Shown piece by piece: positions 48,675 through 60,510 of a stretch of DNA of 64,000 nt (positions are counted from its first letter, which is position 1; the number at the start of each line of letters is the position of its first letter). A program made the position numbers and the translations under genes. Source of the DNA: Laetmonice hystrix. Taxonomy: Eukaryota. Location: positions 16,120,001-16,184,000 of the forward strand of contig OZ249452.1 in NCBI GenBank assembly GCA_965235115.1. Direction: 5' to 3'. Below the pieces are notes generated by a model, which was given only the letters and a program-made list of their open reading frames with translations, was not told where the DNA came from and ran no database searches.

Positions 48675-49215
48675 AGGGCCGGTTCACACCTGGCTTATTC
48701 TTATTCTTAAGCGGATGCGTTTGCGGTCTATTGCCTTCTACCTTGAATCATTACAGTGTTCACACTAGTCTTGACGGCGTTCCTAACGCGAAGCATTGGG
48801 AAATTTCCAAACTTTCGCCACCGCTGCCGCGCTCGCCTAAAGGATTCCGCAGGGAAGTGATGTCAATTTGCGAGTGACGCTAAAATTAGCATGGCTCTTC
48901 TACGTTAAAATCGCCCAAGAATTAGCCTGATGTGAACATTCGGTGACAAAACGCGTCCGCCATCGCAATCGCTTAAGATTAAAGGGCCTGATCCACTAAG
49001 CCGATTTCCCTTGCGACGGCCATGCGTTTTCGATTTAATGGTGGAATTTCATGCTGAAATTTTTCCTGGCTGGCCTTCCCTGTTTAAGGAAATGGGTTCC
49101 ATCCTTTAATCTCAAAATAACTGTAAAATAAAAGGGTGGTGTCAAAATCGCATGAAAGTCGCAAGGACAATCGTCTTAGTGGATAAGGCCCTTAAGGCAG
49201 ATGTGAACCCATCTT
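48675..49215. mobile_element. Non-autonomous DNA transposon (Harbinger-like TIR) interrupted by a nested MITE
   Basis: Left end GGTTCACACCTGGCTTATTC..TTAAGCG; right end, after removing 48983-49195, CGCTTAAGATTAAGGCAGATGTGAACC is its inverse. Confidence 0.7.
48983..49192. mobile_element. PIF/Harbinger-type MITE with TAA TSD, nested in the preceding element
   Basis: TIR AGGGCCTGATCCACTAAGCCGATT / AATCGTCTTAGTGGATAAGGCCCT; TAA at 48980-48982 and 49193-49195. Confidence 0.85.
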
Positions 49216-50457
49216 AACAATCATATTAATATAATAATGCTCACAGTTTAAGGGGTCCATCTTACTAAATATCACGTTCTTATCTTTTTTGGCTACAAAT
49301 CTTTGGAATGCATGACGTAAATTATATGTTTTGGAACGCTAATAGCAATAGAGATAAACAATAAAATATTCACGAGCATGGCCGCCAACATGAAATACTG
49401 AGTGAGAAAACCTGGCATAAACATAAACATTGGTGTTGACTCGACTAGCCAACTGGTCACCTTGAAATAATTAACTCAACTAACCCGTAACTGGCAAGAG
49501 CGCGGTTCATTTACTTACTATGTTAAACCTATAGCCTACAATAAAAGATCCAATAAAAAGGGAAACATTAATGTCACTTAATGCAATCTAGCTTGTGGAA
49601 TCGGCGCATTAATTTTAACAATACATGAAATACCTGATTCCTCGTTGTTGATTTCTACCCAATGACGGTAAAAAAAATACTTAAAATCAGAAATAATTTG
49701 GCACGATCACTTTGTGACTAAAATATCGGTATACTTGTAAGAAACCAAGCAATAGCAGTGTAAATGATCTACGGTCTATAGCATGATATGTTACAGGGAG
49801 AAGCTAGTAATTAGCTACTCATGACCGATGGATCAGCTCCAAACCTACTAAGAAACTCAGCTAATTTAACAGTTATATACAACACAATACTGAAAACCCA
49901 GTGAAAAAATAGTTTCACTCGTAAAACTGTAAACAAACAATAATTCATCTAGAAAATGTTTTTCTAATAAATATGATTCGAAGTAAAATTCAAGTTATAT
50001 ATCGTAATATATTTGTTAAACAGTTCATATTGCAGGAAGCGTCCCAAGGTGTTCTTGATAAAATGGAAGACATATAATTCACGCCCTGTGTACGAAATCA
50101 ATCGATGATACTCCGACATGGGTTTATCATTGAAGTAGAGTAGCCACTTGGCAATCACGTGTCCATATAATATGATATGTATTAATAATTGTGGGATGTG
50201 GGAGACGTCATCTCTGGCGCCTGGCTCCTCGGTCGACAAGGCGCCTGTCCCAATCATGACGCTTAGAATTTTGTGACGTCATGAATGTGCAACCAATAGT
50301 ATCATTTGTGCCAATTGTATTTTGTGACGTCAGGAAGAGGAACACATAGTTACCTCAGGACCCTTCGCTTCCTCGTTGGTCGCAATTCTCAGAACTCACA
50401 CAACCATAATCCTAGAGGCAACGCATCAGGATGGTTTGTTTACACATTATTATAAGC

Positions 50458-53400
50458 TTAGGCCAGATACTGTAATTCATTTTTCCAAATAATGTCATCT
50501 GGCCAACCATACCAGTATTTGATATCGAGAGAAAGACCAGTTACCATTGAATAGGCCTTGTATCCTCGACTTGTGAGAAAATGTACAAGGTCCCACACTA
50601 GGGTTTTGTCATTAGTATCTGTGATTTTGCTCCCAAAATATCCCCGCAACTTTCTCCACTCCATCACAATAAAGGGCACATAAACTTTTTTAAGTAAATT
50701 GGACGCCTGTCTAAAAGCTTTATGCTCCCACCCTTCAATGTCGACCTTCATAAGGGCCTTTTTGAAAGGGGCGGCTCCTAATAGGTCGTCCATTAAAATT
50801 GTTTGAACTTTTGCAGCGCACTGTTTGTCCACACAGGGGTCGGTAGATGGCGCGAGTGAGAGGCCGCCCATGTTGGGCCCTGAAAACCTCAAGGTCATGA
50901 CCTGTCTGCGGTCAGATATAGCGTTTTGAAGTAAAATGATCTTATCCTGGATTCCACCGAGTTGCGCTGCCTTATGGAACCTGTAGATGTTTTCGGTGTA
51001 AGGTTCAACAGCAAGGACCTTGTAACCCATTTTGGCGGCGATCAGGCTGTACACTCCTATGTTAGCGCCAAGGTCAATGAGCCAGAGGTCAGGGTCTGTG
51101 TAAAGAATTTTCTGGATCTCCTTAACGATGTGAGGCTCCCACGTGCGCTCGTGACGGAGCGTGCGCGACACGTGGATGTCCTCGCGGTCCTGGTAGAGAC
51201 ACACGGGTGTGTTGGGCCTTATCGCCATGGTGATACAATCATATAGCCCATTATTGGGGAGGGACAGGTTGTACATGGTACACTTCCCACACCAGTCGCC
51301 TTTTGCGGGGAAGAATCGATGAGACTCGGTTCCATTCTGCCCTCTCCTGGCTCTGCGGTTACTCGCAACTTCCATTTCCTTCACACTGGGATCGTAATCA
51401 CGTGGTTTACGCATGTTCAAAAACTCTCTCTTTGCCTTTCTCGTCTGTGACCGGCGTCCCTCGCCGCGGCCTCGTTTCAACATGCGGTCTCCGTGTTCGT
51501 ACTCGTAAACTTTGTCCGGTCCGACGAAACCATGGAAACCGGGCTCGTCCACAGCTTCCGGTTTCTCCGCATCTTCGTTCTTTTCCTGTTCCTCGATTTT
51601 ACGAAGGCGTTTGATCTCCTTGCGAGCCCTGAGGGCCTGGTCCTGGGGCAAGGGATCCTCTTCATGATTGTAAAAATAAACCTTCTCGGGGCCGACAAAC
51701 CCATGCAGGTCCGTGTCGTCATTGCCGTAGTCCAACTCCTTCTTTCTCCCGCCCAGGATGCGGGGGAGTTTGCCGACCTTAACGGGGTCAAAGTGGTCCT
51801 TAGCTGGGTCCCGCTGGAGGTTTTTGGAAACCTCCAGGGGCTTGTCCTCCGGGCGGCGCGGGACGTCCATGTGTGCCTTGACCACTTCACCGTGCTCTAG
51901 ATCGTTCATCATCTGTTTCTCTTGCTCTAGGCGAAACTCCCGTATCAGCTTGCTCTGACGGTCGGGACCTAGAGAAGAGTCAAGGTTTGCATTCATGAAT
52001 TAACAATACAATTCTGGTAACATGAGCCGAAAAGATCGGGTCAGTTCCCAGCAGCATGTGGATCGACTGTTACCTACTGACATTGATAGGAACCTGTCGT
52101 GCTTTTTCTCTTTTTTTCCTCTTTTTCTCTTTATTTTCCAGCAACTGCTCGACCAAATATATGTCAATAAATTCATAAGGTTATAACTGGCACGTTGATT
52201 GCTTTTTCATTTTTGCCTTTTATTTCCTGATAGATCTTAGCCTTCATATCCCTTTACAGGGCCGGATCCAGGATTCTTAGAAAGGGGGGCGTAGCCCCTG
52301 GAGAAGATTGCGAGCGCCGAAGGCGCAAAGCCCCAGGGGGGGGGTCTGGGGGACCTCCCCCCGAAAAATTTGAAAATTCATGTTTGTCAGATGCATTTTC
52401 CCGGCATCTGAGAAAAGAACTGTTCCTTTTTTTCAGGGGGCAAAGATACTGGTAAAATTCCAGTCTAAAAAATCATTACTCTGCCAAAAATAGGGGGGGC
52501 GTACGCCCCCCACGCCCCCCCTGGATCCGGCCCTGCCTTTAGAATTAAACCTTAAACTTGGTGGAGCTTAAAGTACCACATGGAGCTCATGGCCTGTAGG
52601 TGCGCCAGTAGAGTCCATCTTAATCGACAACATGCAAGCTTTCATTGTCCCAACGACCTCTGTAATACTCGGCTATGATTAAAGCCATAATAATGTTCTT
52701 GACATCAAAGATCACTTAGGGTAGAAGCCTAAGTGCATGCACGATTTTAATCTCCTTCAACCTTAATTGGATGCGACATGGACTTGGTAATTTTAGAATT
52801 TTAATCACAATTTTGTGCCTAATGCATCCTTATCTGATTATAAAAATGTAATGTAATTATCAATCGATAACAAGCTGGAAAGTTTTCAGGAAATCCTGTT
52901 GATTTTACCATATGAATTACATTTGCCATCACAGGAGGAAGTCAAGCCAATAAAGACTTTGAAATCTTCTCCCTTTTAAAGGGGCATATTATGAGGAAAC
53001 GTTAAAAATCGGTATTTCATAGAACTTTTGCTGTTTTCATAAAGAGATCCTTCATCAAAATTGCTTGGTAAACAAAGACAGACTTATCAGTTTCATTTTG
53101 CGTGAGAAATCGAAGTTTATTAAGCTTCCTTGCCCGCTTCTCTGCCGACTTCGTAAAATATTTTTTGGGTGGCATTCTGATGCCGGGCGATCGAGTGCCA
53201 CTGCTGAATTGTTTACAACTAAGCAAAGCACGTGACTAAGCACATGCAGAGAGTGCACACGCAGGATGTGACACAGTATGCAATTACACGGGTTGATGGG
53301 AGGTTGTCTACCAAATTATGGCGGGAGAAGTGCTATCGGGAGAAATCTATAGGTTTGGTCGTATAGAACCTACTTGTGCTGCATACGCAGCGAAAACACG

Positions 53401-54684
53401 TCGGAGGACAAAATGCTGTGGTAGGATTATTTACTTGGATCCCTAGTACACGGTCATGTTGGATAATTGCCGGAAATCCTCAAAAACGTGCTTCATAGTA
53501 TGCCCCTTTAAGAAAAGCTGCTTGGACCAGCATTACTTTGCCTTAACCGAACCTATTAAATAAAATGCATTCTAGGTTCAATCTTGAACAGCTAATTCCT
53601 GCAACCTGTTCCTAATTACTGGAACAGAGTACGTAATTAAACCATATTTATGTGCAGCAAAATTCGTTTTATTTTATATAATACACCGTTTATCATGAAG
53701 GTTATTCACCCTCGAATTTGGGATAGAGGTTCGGGTAAGTGGCAAGGATAGGGATAGGGACAGGGATAAGATATTTGAGGTTCGGGTAACTGGCAAGGAT
53801 AGGGATAGGGACAGGGATAAGATATTTGAGGTTAGGGTAAGTGGCGTGCATGGATAGGGATAGGGACAGGAATAAGATCTTCGAAGTTAGGGTAAGTGGC
53901 AAGGATAGGGATAGGGACAGGGATAAGATATTTGAGGTTAGGGTAAGTGGCAAGGATAGGGATAGGGACAGGGATAAGATATTAGAGGTTAGGGTAAGTG
54001 GCAAGGATAGGGATAGGGACAGAAATAAGATATTTGAGGTTCGGGTAAGTGGCAGGGATAGGGATAGGGACAGGGATAAGATATTTGAGGTTAGGGTAAG
54101 TGGCAAGGATAGGGATAGGGACAGGGATAAGATATTAGAGGTTAGGGTAAGTGGCAAGGATAGGGATAGGGACTGGGATAAGATATTTGTGAGGCCCGGG
54201 GACCGAGGTTAACCGTTATGGTTACGGATAGGTCAGGGGCTCGGAATAAACGAGATGTCGCCATAGGAAACCTATACCAATATAAGAAACTGGTTTGGGA
54301 TTGCGATTGGGGGTTTATGTTTTCGTAACAGCCAGGGTCATATCAAGACGGTCAGTTTTACTGGTGCAGGAAACCGGAGAATCCCAGGGAAAACTACTGA
54401 CCTTACAGAATGTATAACTGACAAACCTTCCCACAACTTGGGCCAACACATGACACATCCGATTACAAGATAAATGTCGTTGGTGGCACAGACTTACCTA
54501 GGTCAAGTAAGTCCATCTCCATGTCCTGTTTCTTGCCGCCGAACAGAAGGTAAAGGATGAGTGAGCCGATGAGGACTAGGAGGAAGGCAGTGAGGTATCC
54601 CTCGAAGTCGGCCGTCCTGCGGGCGTTTGGACAAACGGCTTTCATTGGTCGGAAACATACTGACCGAACAAGGCAGCGCGTCAT
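50458..54684 (-). CDS. Type II membrane FkbM-family (Methyltransf_21) SAM-dependent methyltransferase; 2 coding exons, ~565 aa
   Basis: Exon 54684-54498 (TM YLTAFLLVLIGSLILYLLFGG, donor G|GTAAGT, phase 1) joins acceptor CTCTTCTCTAG|GT at 51968. Catalytic motifs WEPH, IDLGANIGVYSL, LAVEP, NAIS, ALMKVDIEGWE, IVMEW. The ORF-track start at 51996 is intronic in this model. Confidence 0.88.
52257..52535. mobile_element. MITE with 16-bp perfect TIR and 6-bp TSD (intronic)
   Basis: CAGGGCCGGATCCAGG / CCTGGATCCGGCCCTG; CCTTTA on both flanks. Confidence 0.9.
52980..53507. mobile_element. Kolobok-like non-autonomous DNA transposon, 528 bp, TTAA TSD
   Basis: AGGGGCATATTATGAGG / CTTCATAGTATGCCCCT; TTAA on both flanks. 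Confidence 0.8.
53727..54190 (+). repeat. 51-bp G-rich minisatellite, ~9 copies (intron of the methyltransferase gene)
   Basis: GTTAGGGTAAGTGGCAAGGATAGGGATAGGGACAGGGATAAGATATTTGAG. Confidence 0.95.
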
Positions 54685-57600
54685 CCTGCACGATAGGCGG
54701 AGCCACTGTCGGGGAGAGATAAAAAATAAATGACGTCATTAAACGGTCAATACTGTCGAGACGGAGAAAACAAACCCAGGTCATTACACATATTATCGCC
54801 CAAGTACGTCAAAATATCATATGAAATCACTCCGGCGATTCCGTATTCACGATAGCACGGGTTTAAAATTTAGGAAGGAAATCTGCACGGACTATTTTGC
54901 CATTTGCTGACTAAGTCTTGTGCCAACAAATCACATCAGTGGTCGGCCAGCACTTCCATAGTCCAAACCCTATTAGGGTAATTCCAGCTACCCGCTCCAA
55001 GGTATTTCCTGCGCCGTTTTCGACTGAAATGTCAACGGGAAATCGTGTGCGCCGTAACCAATTGTAGCTCTCCCTCCAACCACCACAAGCCCTCGTCTGC
55101 AGGCTGGGAGCGGCGTTTACTGAACGGGCCTGCCTCCCCCAGGTGTTGTAAACAAACGCTGAGATGCCCTTCATGAATGTTAAACAGTGAAAGAGCAATC
55201 TCCATCGACCTCAACAGGGCGAAAAGTGAGCAAACGGTCAACATATCTCACCATGGCCCAGCAACTTCTCCAGAAACACAACACGGAGCAAGAAAATAAA
55301 TCTTTCTGTCGTTTTTATTATTTTCTACACGAGTATATTTTAGTGAATACCAAAAAAACGCGAACATATAGACTTTCTCTTATACACCTATAGCTCCTAT
55401 GCCATTTGTGACAAGCCTACGGCCATCTGCAGCTACAGGTCTTTAGTGCTACGTCTGTACTCTCTCATTTATCTAACTAAAACTGCTCAGCACAGTACGT
55501 GAATTATCAGTTCGGGACTTTGTTCGGCTTATTACCGACTTACAAATGCTACAGCCATGACTGTAATCAATCGAGCATTTCTTATTGAACATCAGCACAA
55601 TTACTTTAGTGATAAGCGGGCTGAAAGGGACTTTATGAAGGCAAGATTCAAACAAGATTCAAGTAAAACCCCTCTGTTCACTCTCATTGGTTGACATATG
55701 ACGAAGGAAACCTTACAAACTTCCTGCGTTAATCAAACAGCAAAGTCATTCGGCTTTTGTTAAGCCTAATCCACGCATTTGCTTAAATTCCATTTTGTTT
55801 ATGGAGGGGGTAGTTTATCCTGAAGAAAAATGCTCATTGTACCATAGAAGGAAACATAGCGACCCCGTTGATGTATCCATTTCGATTGGCTCCCTCGGTT
55901 TGGTTAACGGAACAGTCTGCGCAAGCGTGGTGGACCGATTGGCTTTGTCGACACATTAAATCAGAATGGAGAAAAGAAGATCAACAGAGAGGGAGAAACT
56001 GGAGACTCTGGCTTGTCGGTAGATAATGCCTTCCCCCAATACAGGACGGATTACGGGCGGGTAACGGCCATCCTTACAGCTTATCTTGCTGGCTTTACGG
56101 GAAGTGAAACCAGGACGGCCACTTCCAGCATTTCTTCACGGCCAATTTGATGCATTGTTGCATTGTAAGCTGATGGCCGGGACTTTATACTCTGTTCCTT
56201 AGATATGGCCCTACCCTTTGAAACTCTACAAGTACCTTAAACAGAACCTTTACTTATAGATCTACACTCGTATTTTTAAAACTAAAGACCATACCAACAT
56301 TCTATGATTTCTTCTTTTTTTCTTTCTTTTTTAAAATCCCTGGGTCTTCTACTTCTCGACTCCCACGCCGCACAACTGACATTCCTGGCAGATCACAGTT
56401 TGCTCGACCTTCTATATATTATACTGCACATAAATTCCTCCCCTCATGTTTCAGAACTATGTAGATAGGATTGATCTAGAGTCGGAGATCAATTTGGAAG
56501 TGACTTCCAGCGTACTGCTCGGCCGGCAAATGACTTGTGGCACACACACTAAAAAAAAGAAAAAAAAAACACGAAAATCTAATCCTCGATAATCCACTAG
56601 GGGGAGCCAGAAGTGCCTGTTGATTCTATCATTAACTCCATTCCCCCCAGACCAACTGAATCCAGCTAATAGGGCACTAATGGGTCCGCCCTTCTCATGC
56701 AACCGACGCTGGCGGTATCACATATACAGAGTACGGGGCCCTATAGTGTCACGTGACTGAGCAGGCCCGGAAAGGGCACCTTCACAGCCAGCCAGCCCAG
56801 GCTGGATGATAGTCTAACGAAAAAAACCTGCGCTAGTCCATTACGATCGTTTTACATTGCCCTAGGCCGATGGCATGGAATACAACCGACTACTGATGGT
56901 TCCCATACTGAGGTTTTCATACTTGGTCTGGTTATGATTGACGCTTTGCTAAAACGATCGTAGCTGGCGGGATCCCTTGTGCAATAAAATTTAGTTTACA
57001 CAAGGGATTAAACCCTTCATGCACTTTCTAAAGCAGCCCCTCTTGGGAAATACCTTTGGGAATGGAAGAAAGAAAGACAATGACGGGAGATCTGTTTTGT
57101 AAGTGTCGCTATGCCAGACACGCCCCTTAACGATGATCGCTCGTGGCGGTACCCATTAACGATGTCCCTAGCGGCACGCTAACGACCAGACACAGGCTCT
57201 TGCCACATTGTCCCCTCCCATTCATTGGGACTGCTTGAATTGATGCCGGCCAGGCCTGATTACCTGGAAGGGTCTATACATGTTTAGTCTCACAGAAAGC
57301 ACTGGTGACCATCCGGAAACAGTAGAACACGCTTCGCGATGTTTTATTTGGCTGTAACCCAACAACGTTCGCTCTGTATGGGCGTCTCAAAACGTCATGA
57401 CGCCATATTAGACTGTCAGGTGAGCTGCATGTGACGTCATGCACAGGGGTCAGTGCCAGCCAGGGATATGGCCAGAATAATTTTATAACAGTTCTGTATT
57501 TTTTAAAAATGTTCTTTTTCTTCTTGCTGTTTTCCTATTTATAGATGTTCCATGTTGCTTTCATTCACAATACAGATGGCTCCAGCCTGTAGGCCTGACT

Positions 57601-58449
57601 CTAAACTTAGAAAGCCGTCCTTCCTGACTCTACTGCAATTTTGTCTTCTTTATATCAAACCTAGAATTGATAGAACTATGCCGATCGGCAGATTGCCCAC
57701 CTGAGAAAGCCAACTCAGTAATTGCACATTCGCCATTACGGACGGCAAGTAATTGCTAAATGCCAGTTACTTGATTGATTACTGAACGTTATCGAGGAAC
57801 AAGACTCGTTTAAGAGATAGGGCTCATTCAGCGTCTTCTTTTATCTCAATTGGCTTTATAATGGCATATTATTTCAACAGATCTTTGCCAGCTATTTATA
57901 TCCTAACAGCGGCAGCATCTGGGTCGCTTTGATAACAGAACACTGAGATAAGATCTTACGGCACGTCACACTTGTGATCGACCGTCTGCCATGACAACGT
58001 CCGTCCGGGAACTCACTAGGGGGCGCTCATTGCAGCGAGAGGACATGTCGTCAGTGAGACATGAAATCATGACGTATATATAGAAAAAAAAGGGGGGGGG
58101 TACGGACACCTCAGTGTATGGGTCACTCGCGTAGGTCTATAGTGGTATTCCCGCATGGTGGTATGGCCTTTTGGATGGCCAAGGGTACGGTAATTAGATG
58201 GGGTTAGGCTAATACTGCTCTTCATGTTTTGGTCGGATCTAATCTAAAATCCTGGCCCAGCGGCCTCTGTGAACGATTTTCTAATCACAGATACGCCACT
58301 GGTGTGGATGCTCAAGGCATCAGTGCTATGAGTCTATCTTTGTATCGTAAAATTAACAGACTGGGGCAATTCAAGGAGAGACTTAGTGTCTTGAATTTCA
58401 AAGAGCCAGGAAAGATTTCTTGGCATGTCGTTCGGAGAAACTCTATGCT

Positions 58450-58484
<35 letters not shown>

Positions 58485-59131
58485 AGAAGGCGTCGTCGTA
58501 TTGTTAAAAAAACTAGATTGGATATAGGGAAACTATTTTATCAACGCTCCGTTTTAATCAAGCCTTTCATCCTTCATTCCGCCACATGAGCTGACACTGC
58601 GCCAATGTGATGGTCTGCAGGAGAGAAACAAGAAAAAAACTGGAGGCTCGCAAAAGGCAGTCGGTATGATATCAAGTGGTCTGCAGGACCCTGTCCCTTC
58701 CACCGACCCTTGCCCCACTAAATCAAATTCAAATGAAAATTATTATGACATGGAGAGATCATCCATTTCCGTTCTGAATGGATTCCGGAATCTGAACACT
58801 TAGGTTAAATGGAACGGACTCACGCAAGGCAAACTCGGCAATCGTTGGCGTCCGGCCCTCAGGCACGGCGCAGTGCTTGTCGGGATAGGCTGGGATTGTC
58901 TCTCAATATGAGGAATCAGCCTGCCCACCAGTCAGCGTCCGGTGAACCCTCCTCAAAGGTCGTCGGGACGCTCACCGATTCGACCAACGCACGCAGTTCA
59001 CCACTCAGTAAAGCGATGCTCCGTTCCATCTCTATCGATAACGAATTCCCGTTTTCTCGAACCATCGAGGAGGTCTATCTATCAGCAACACTTCAAGGGT
59101 TGGCTGGCTATTGAATAACATATCCCCACCG

Positions 59132-59267
59132 ACAGGGGCAGGGGCAGGGGCAGAGACAGGGGCAGAGACAGGGGCAGAGACAGGGGCAGGGGCAGAGACA
59201 GATACATGGGAAGGGGCAGGATCGGCAGCAGGGACAGGCGATGGGCCAGGGACAGGGACAGGGATAG
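59132..59267 (+). repeat. G-rich (CAGGGG/CAGAGA)n low-complexity repeat
   Basis: Direct reading. Confidence 0.85.
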
Positions 59268-59480
59268 GCCTAGATTATGAAGCCGACTCATTTCGATGGT
59301 TGGCGAGATTGCATGTCATTTTTATAATTATTTACAAACAGTACAGCGTCCACTGAATTCCAATATAGGATAACCCATGAGGCTGAACATGAATACGTTC
59401 AAACTAAATGAAAAATCAATCCACGTTCACTGATTACATTGGAGTTCATTTTGTCGTTATCGACTGGATGCAGGATTCTA

Positions 59481-59658
59481 CAGGGGCGGATCCAGGTTTG
59501 CGCCAAGCGGGGGGGGGGGGGGGGGGGGTTGTCGGTGCCAAGGGGGGGGGGGGGCGTGTTTGAACCCTTCAAGCAGGCAAAAAAGAAAGATTACTCCGTA
59601 GGAGGGTGGGGATGGGTGCAACTCCCGTAGATCTACCCCCACTCTGGATCCGCCACTG
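59481..59658. mobile_element. MITE, CAG(G/T)GGCGGATCC family, 5-bp TSD
   Basis: CAGGGGCGGATCCAG / CTGGATCCGCCACTG; TTCTA on both flanks. Confidence 0.8.
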
Positions 59659-59825
59659 TTCTATATGGTCGCCGACAGGAGTGCAGGACCAGCCTTCAAA
59701 CAGTGTCCTCTGGCTGTCTGTGCTTTGATTCTTAAGGTCAGTAAACTAATGCCATCATGCAACACTCGCCGACTCAGGTAACACGCGACCATGCCAGGTC
59801 GCTGCGGACGTACTCAGTCTCTTAC

Positions 59826-60510
59826 TCGCGCGATTGGCACTCAGTCATGTCAACATCAGTCGCGCAGTGCGCTGCTGCTGAAGAATTTGGCAGAAGTTGG
59901 ACGGTGATTATCAAGGGCCAATTATCCAGTCGAGAGGCAGGCATGCAGCAGAGCCTCGATTTTCTATAGTAAAGAACAAAGCGCGCATGCGTCCAGCCAT
60001 TCTGGCATTCAACCAAACTGGTGCCAGGTAGGTACTGACGGACGTGTCACTGAAACGACAACACAGCCACCACTCCAAATCTGGAGCGTAGGAAAAGGGG
60101 GGCTAGGGGGGCATCCCCCACTTTGAAATGGGGGGGGGGGGAGAGGGTATGTTTTGCCGCCCCCTACTTTTGACTCAGGGAAAAACCTTATTCCTCCCCA
60201 AAAGTCCCCTGAGATATCATAGGCCCGCTTTTGGCTCCCTTATTGAAAATTCTGGACCTTGCCGCCCCCCCCCCCGCCCGCCAACCGTTAACAAAGAATT
60301 ACGGATCCATCCATGGAACTTTCAGCAGCTCGGCTTACCTGACGAACCTCATCACGTCTACTGTAGGGATACCTGATGAAAAGAATAGCTTCACATTCCT
60401 TGAATCAGTCGCCATGGCAATGAGACCTGCATCATGTTTCTCTGCGATGACTATTGGATGTCCATATACTGTCACAAAGATTGTTCCAAGGTCTCTGGCA
60501 GTCCGGCCGC
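59826..60510 (-). CDS. Two candidate exons of an unidentified gene
   Basis: 60510-60339 (CCCCTTGTAG acceptor, AG|GTAAGC donor) and 59966-59826 (TTTACTATAG acceptor, GA|GTAAGA donor) join in phase without a stop; no family recognised. Confidence 0.3.

Noticed and set aside
50962-51958. Several + strand ORFs antisense to the methyltransferase (and similar ones opposite UGT, receptor and giant exon)
   Set aside because: Shadow ORFs of GC-rich coding sequence with no independent signals.
53702-54212. (DR)n/(SL)n ORFs
   Set aside because: Translation of the 51-bp G-rich array.
55415-55426. GCCTACGGCCAT equals the 5' end of 5S rRNA
   Set aside because: Similarity stops after 12 nt; no internal control region.
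56741-56752. CTATAGTGTCAC matches part of the SP6 promoter (similar 12-mer near 1975)
   Set aside because: Only 12 nt, no flanking vector sequence.
58809-59114. 101-aa + ORF, and a minus-frame FVIDRDG resembling a KCTD BTB motif
   Set aside because: No flanking BTB residues, early stops and no consistent splice model.
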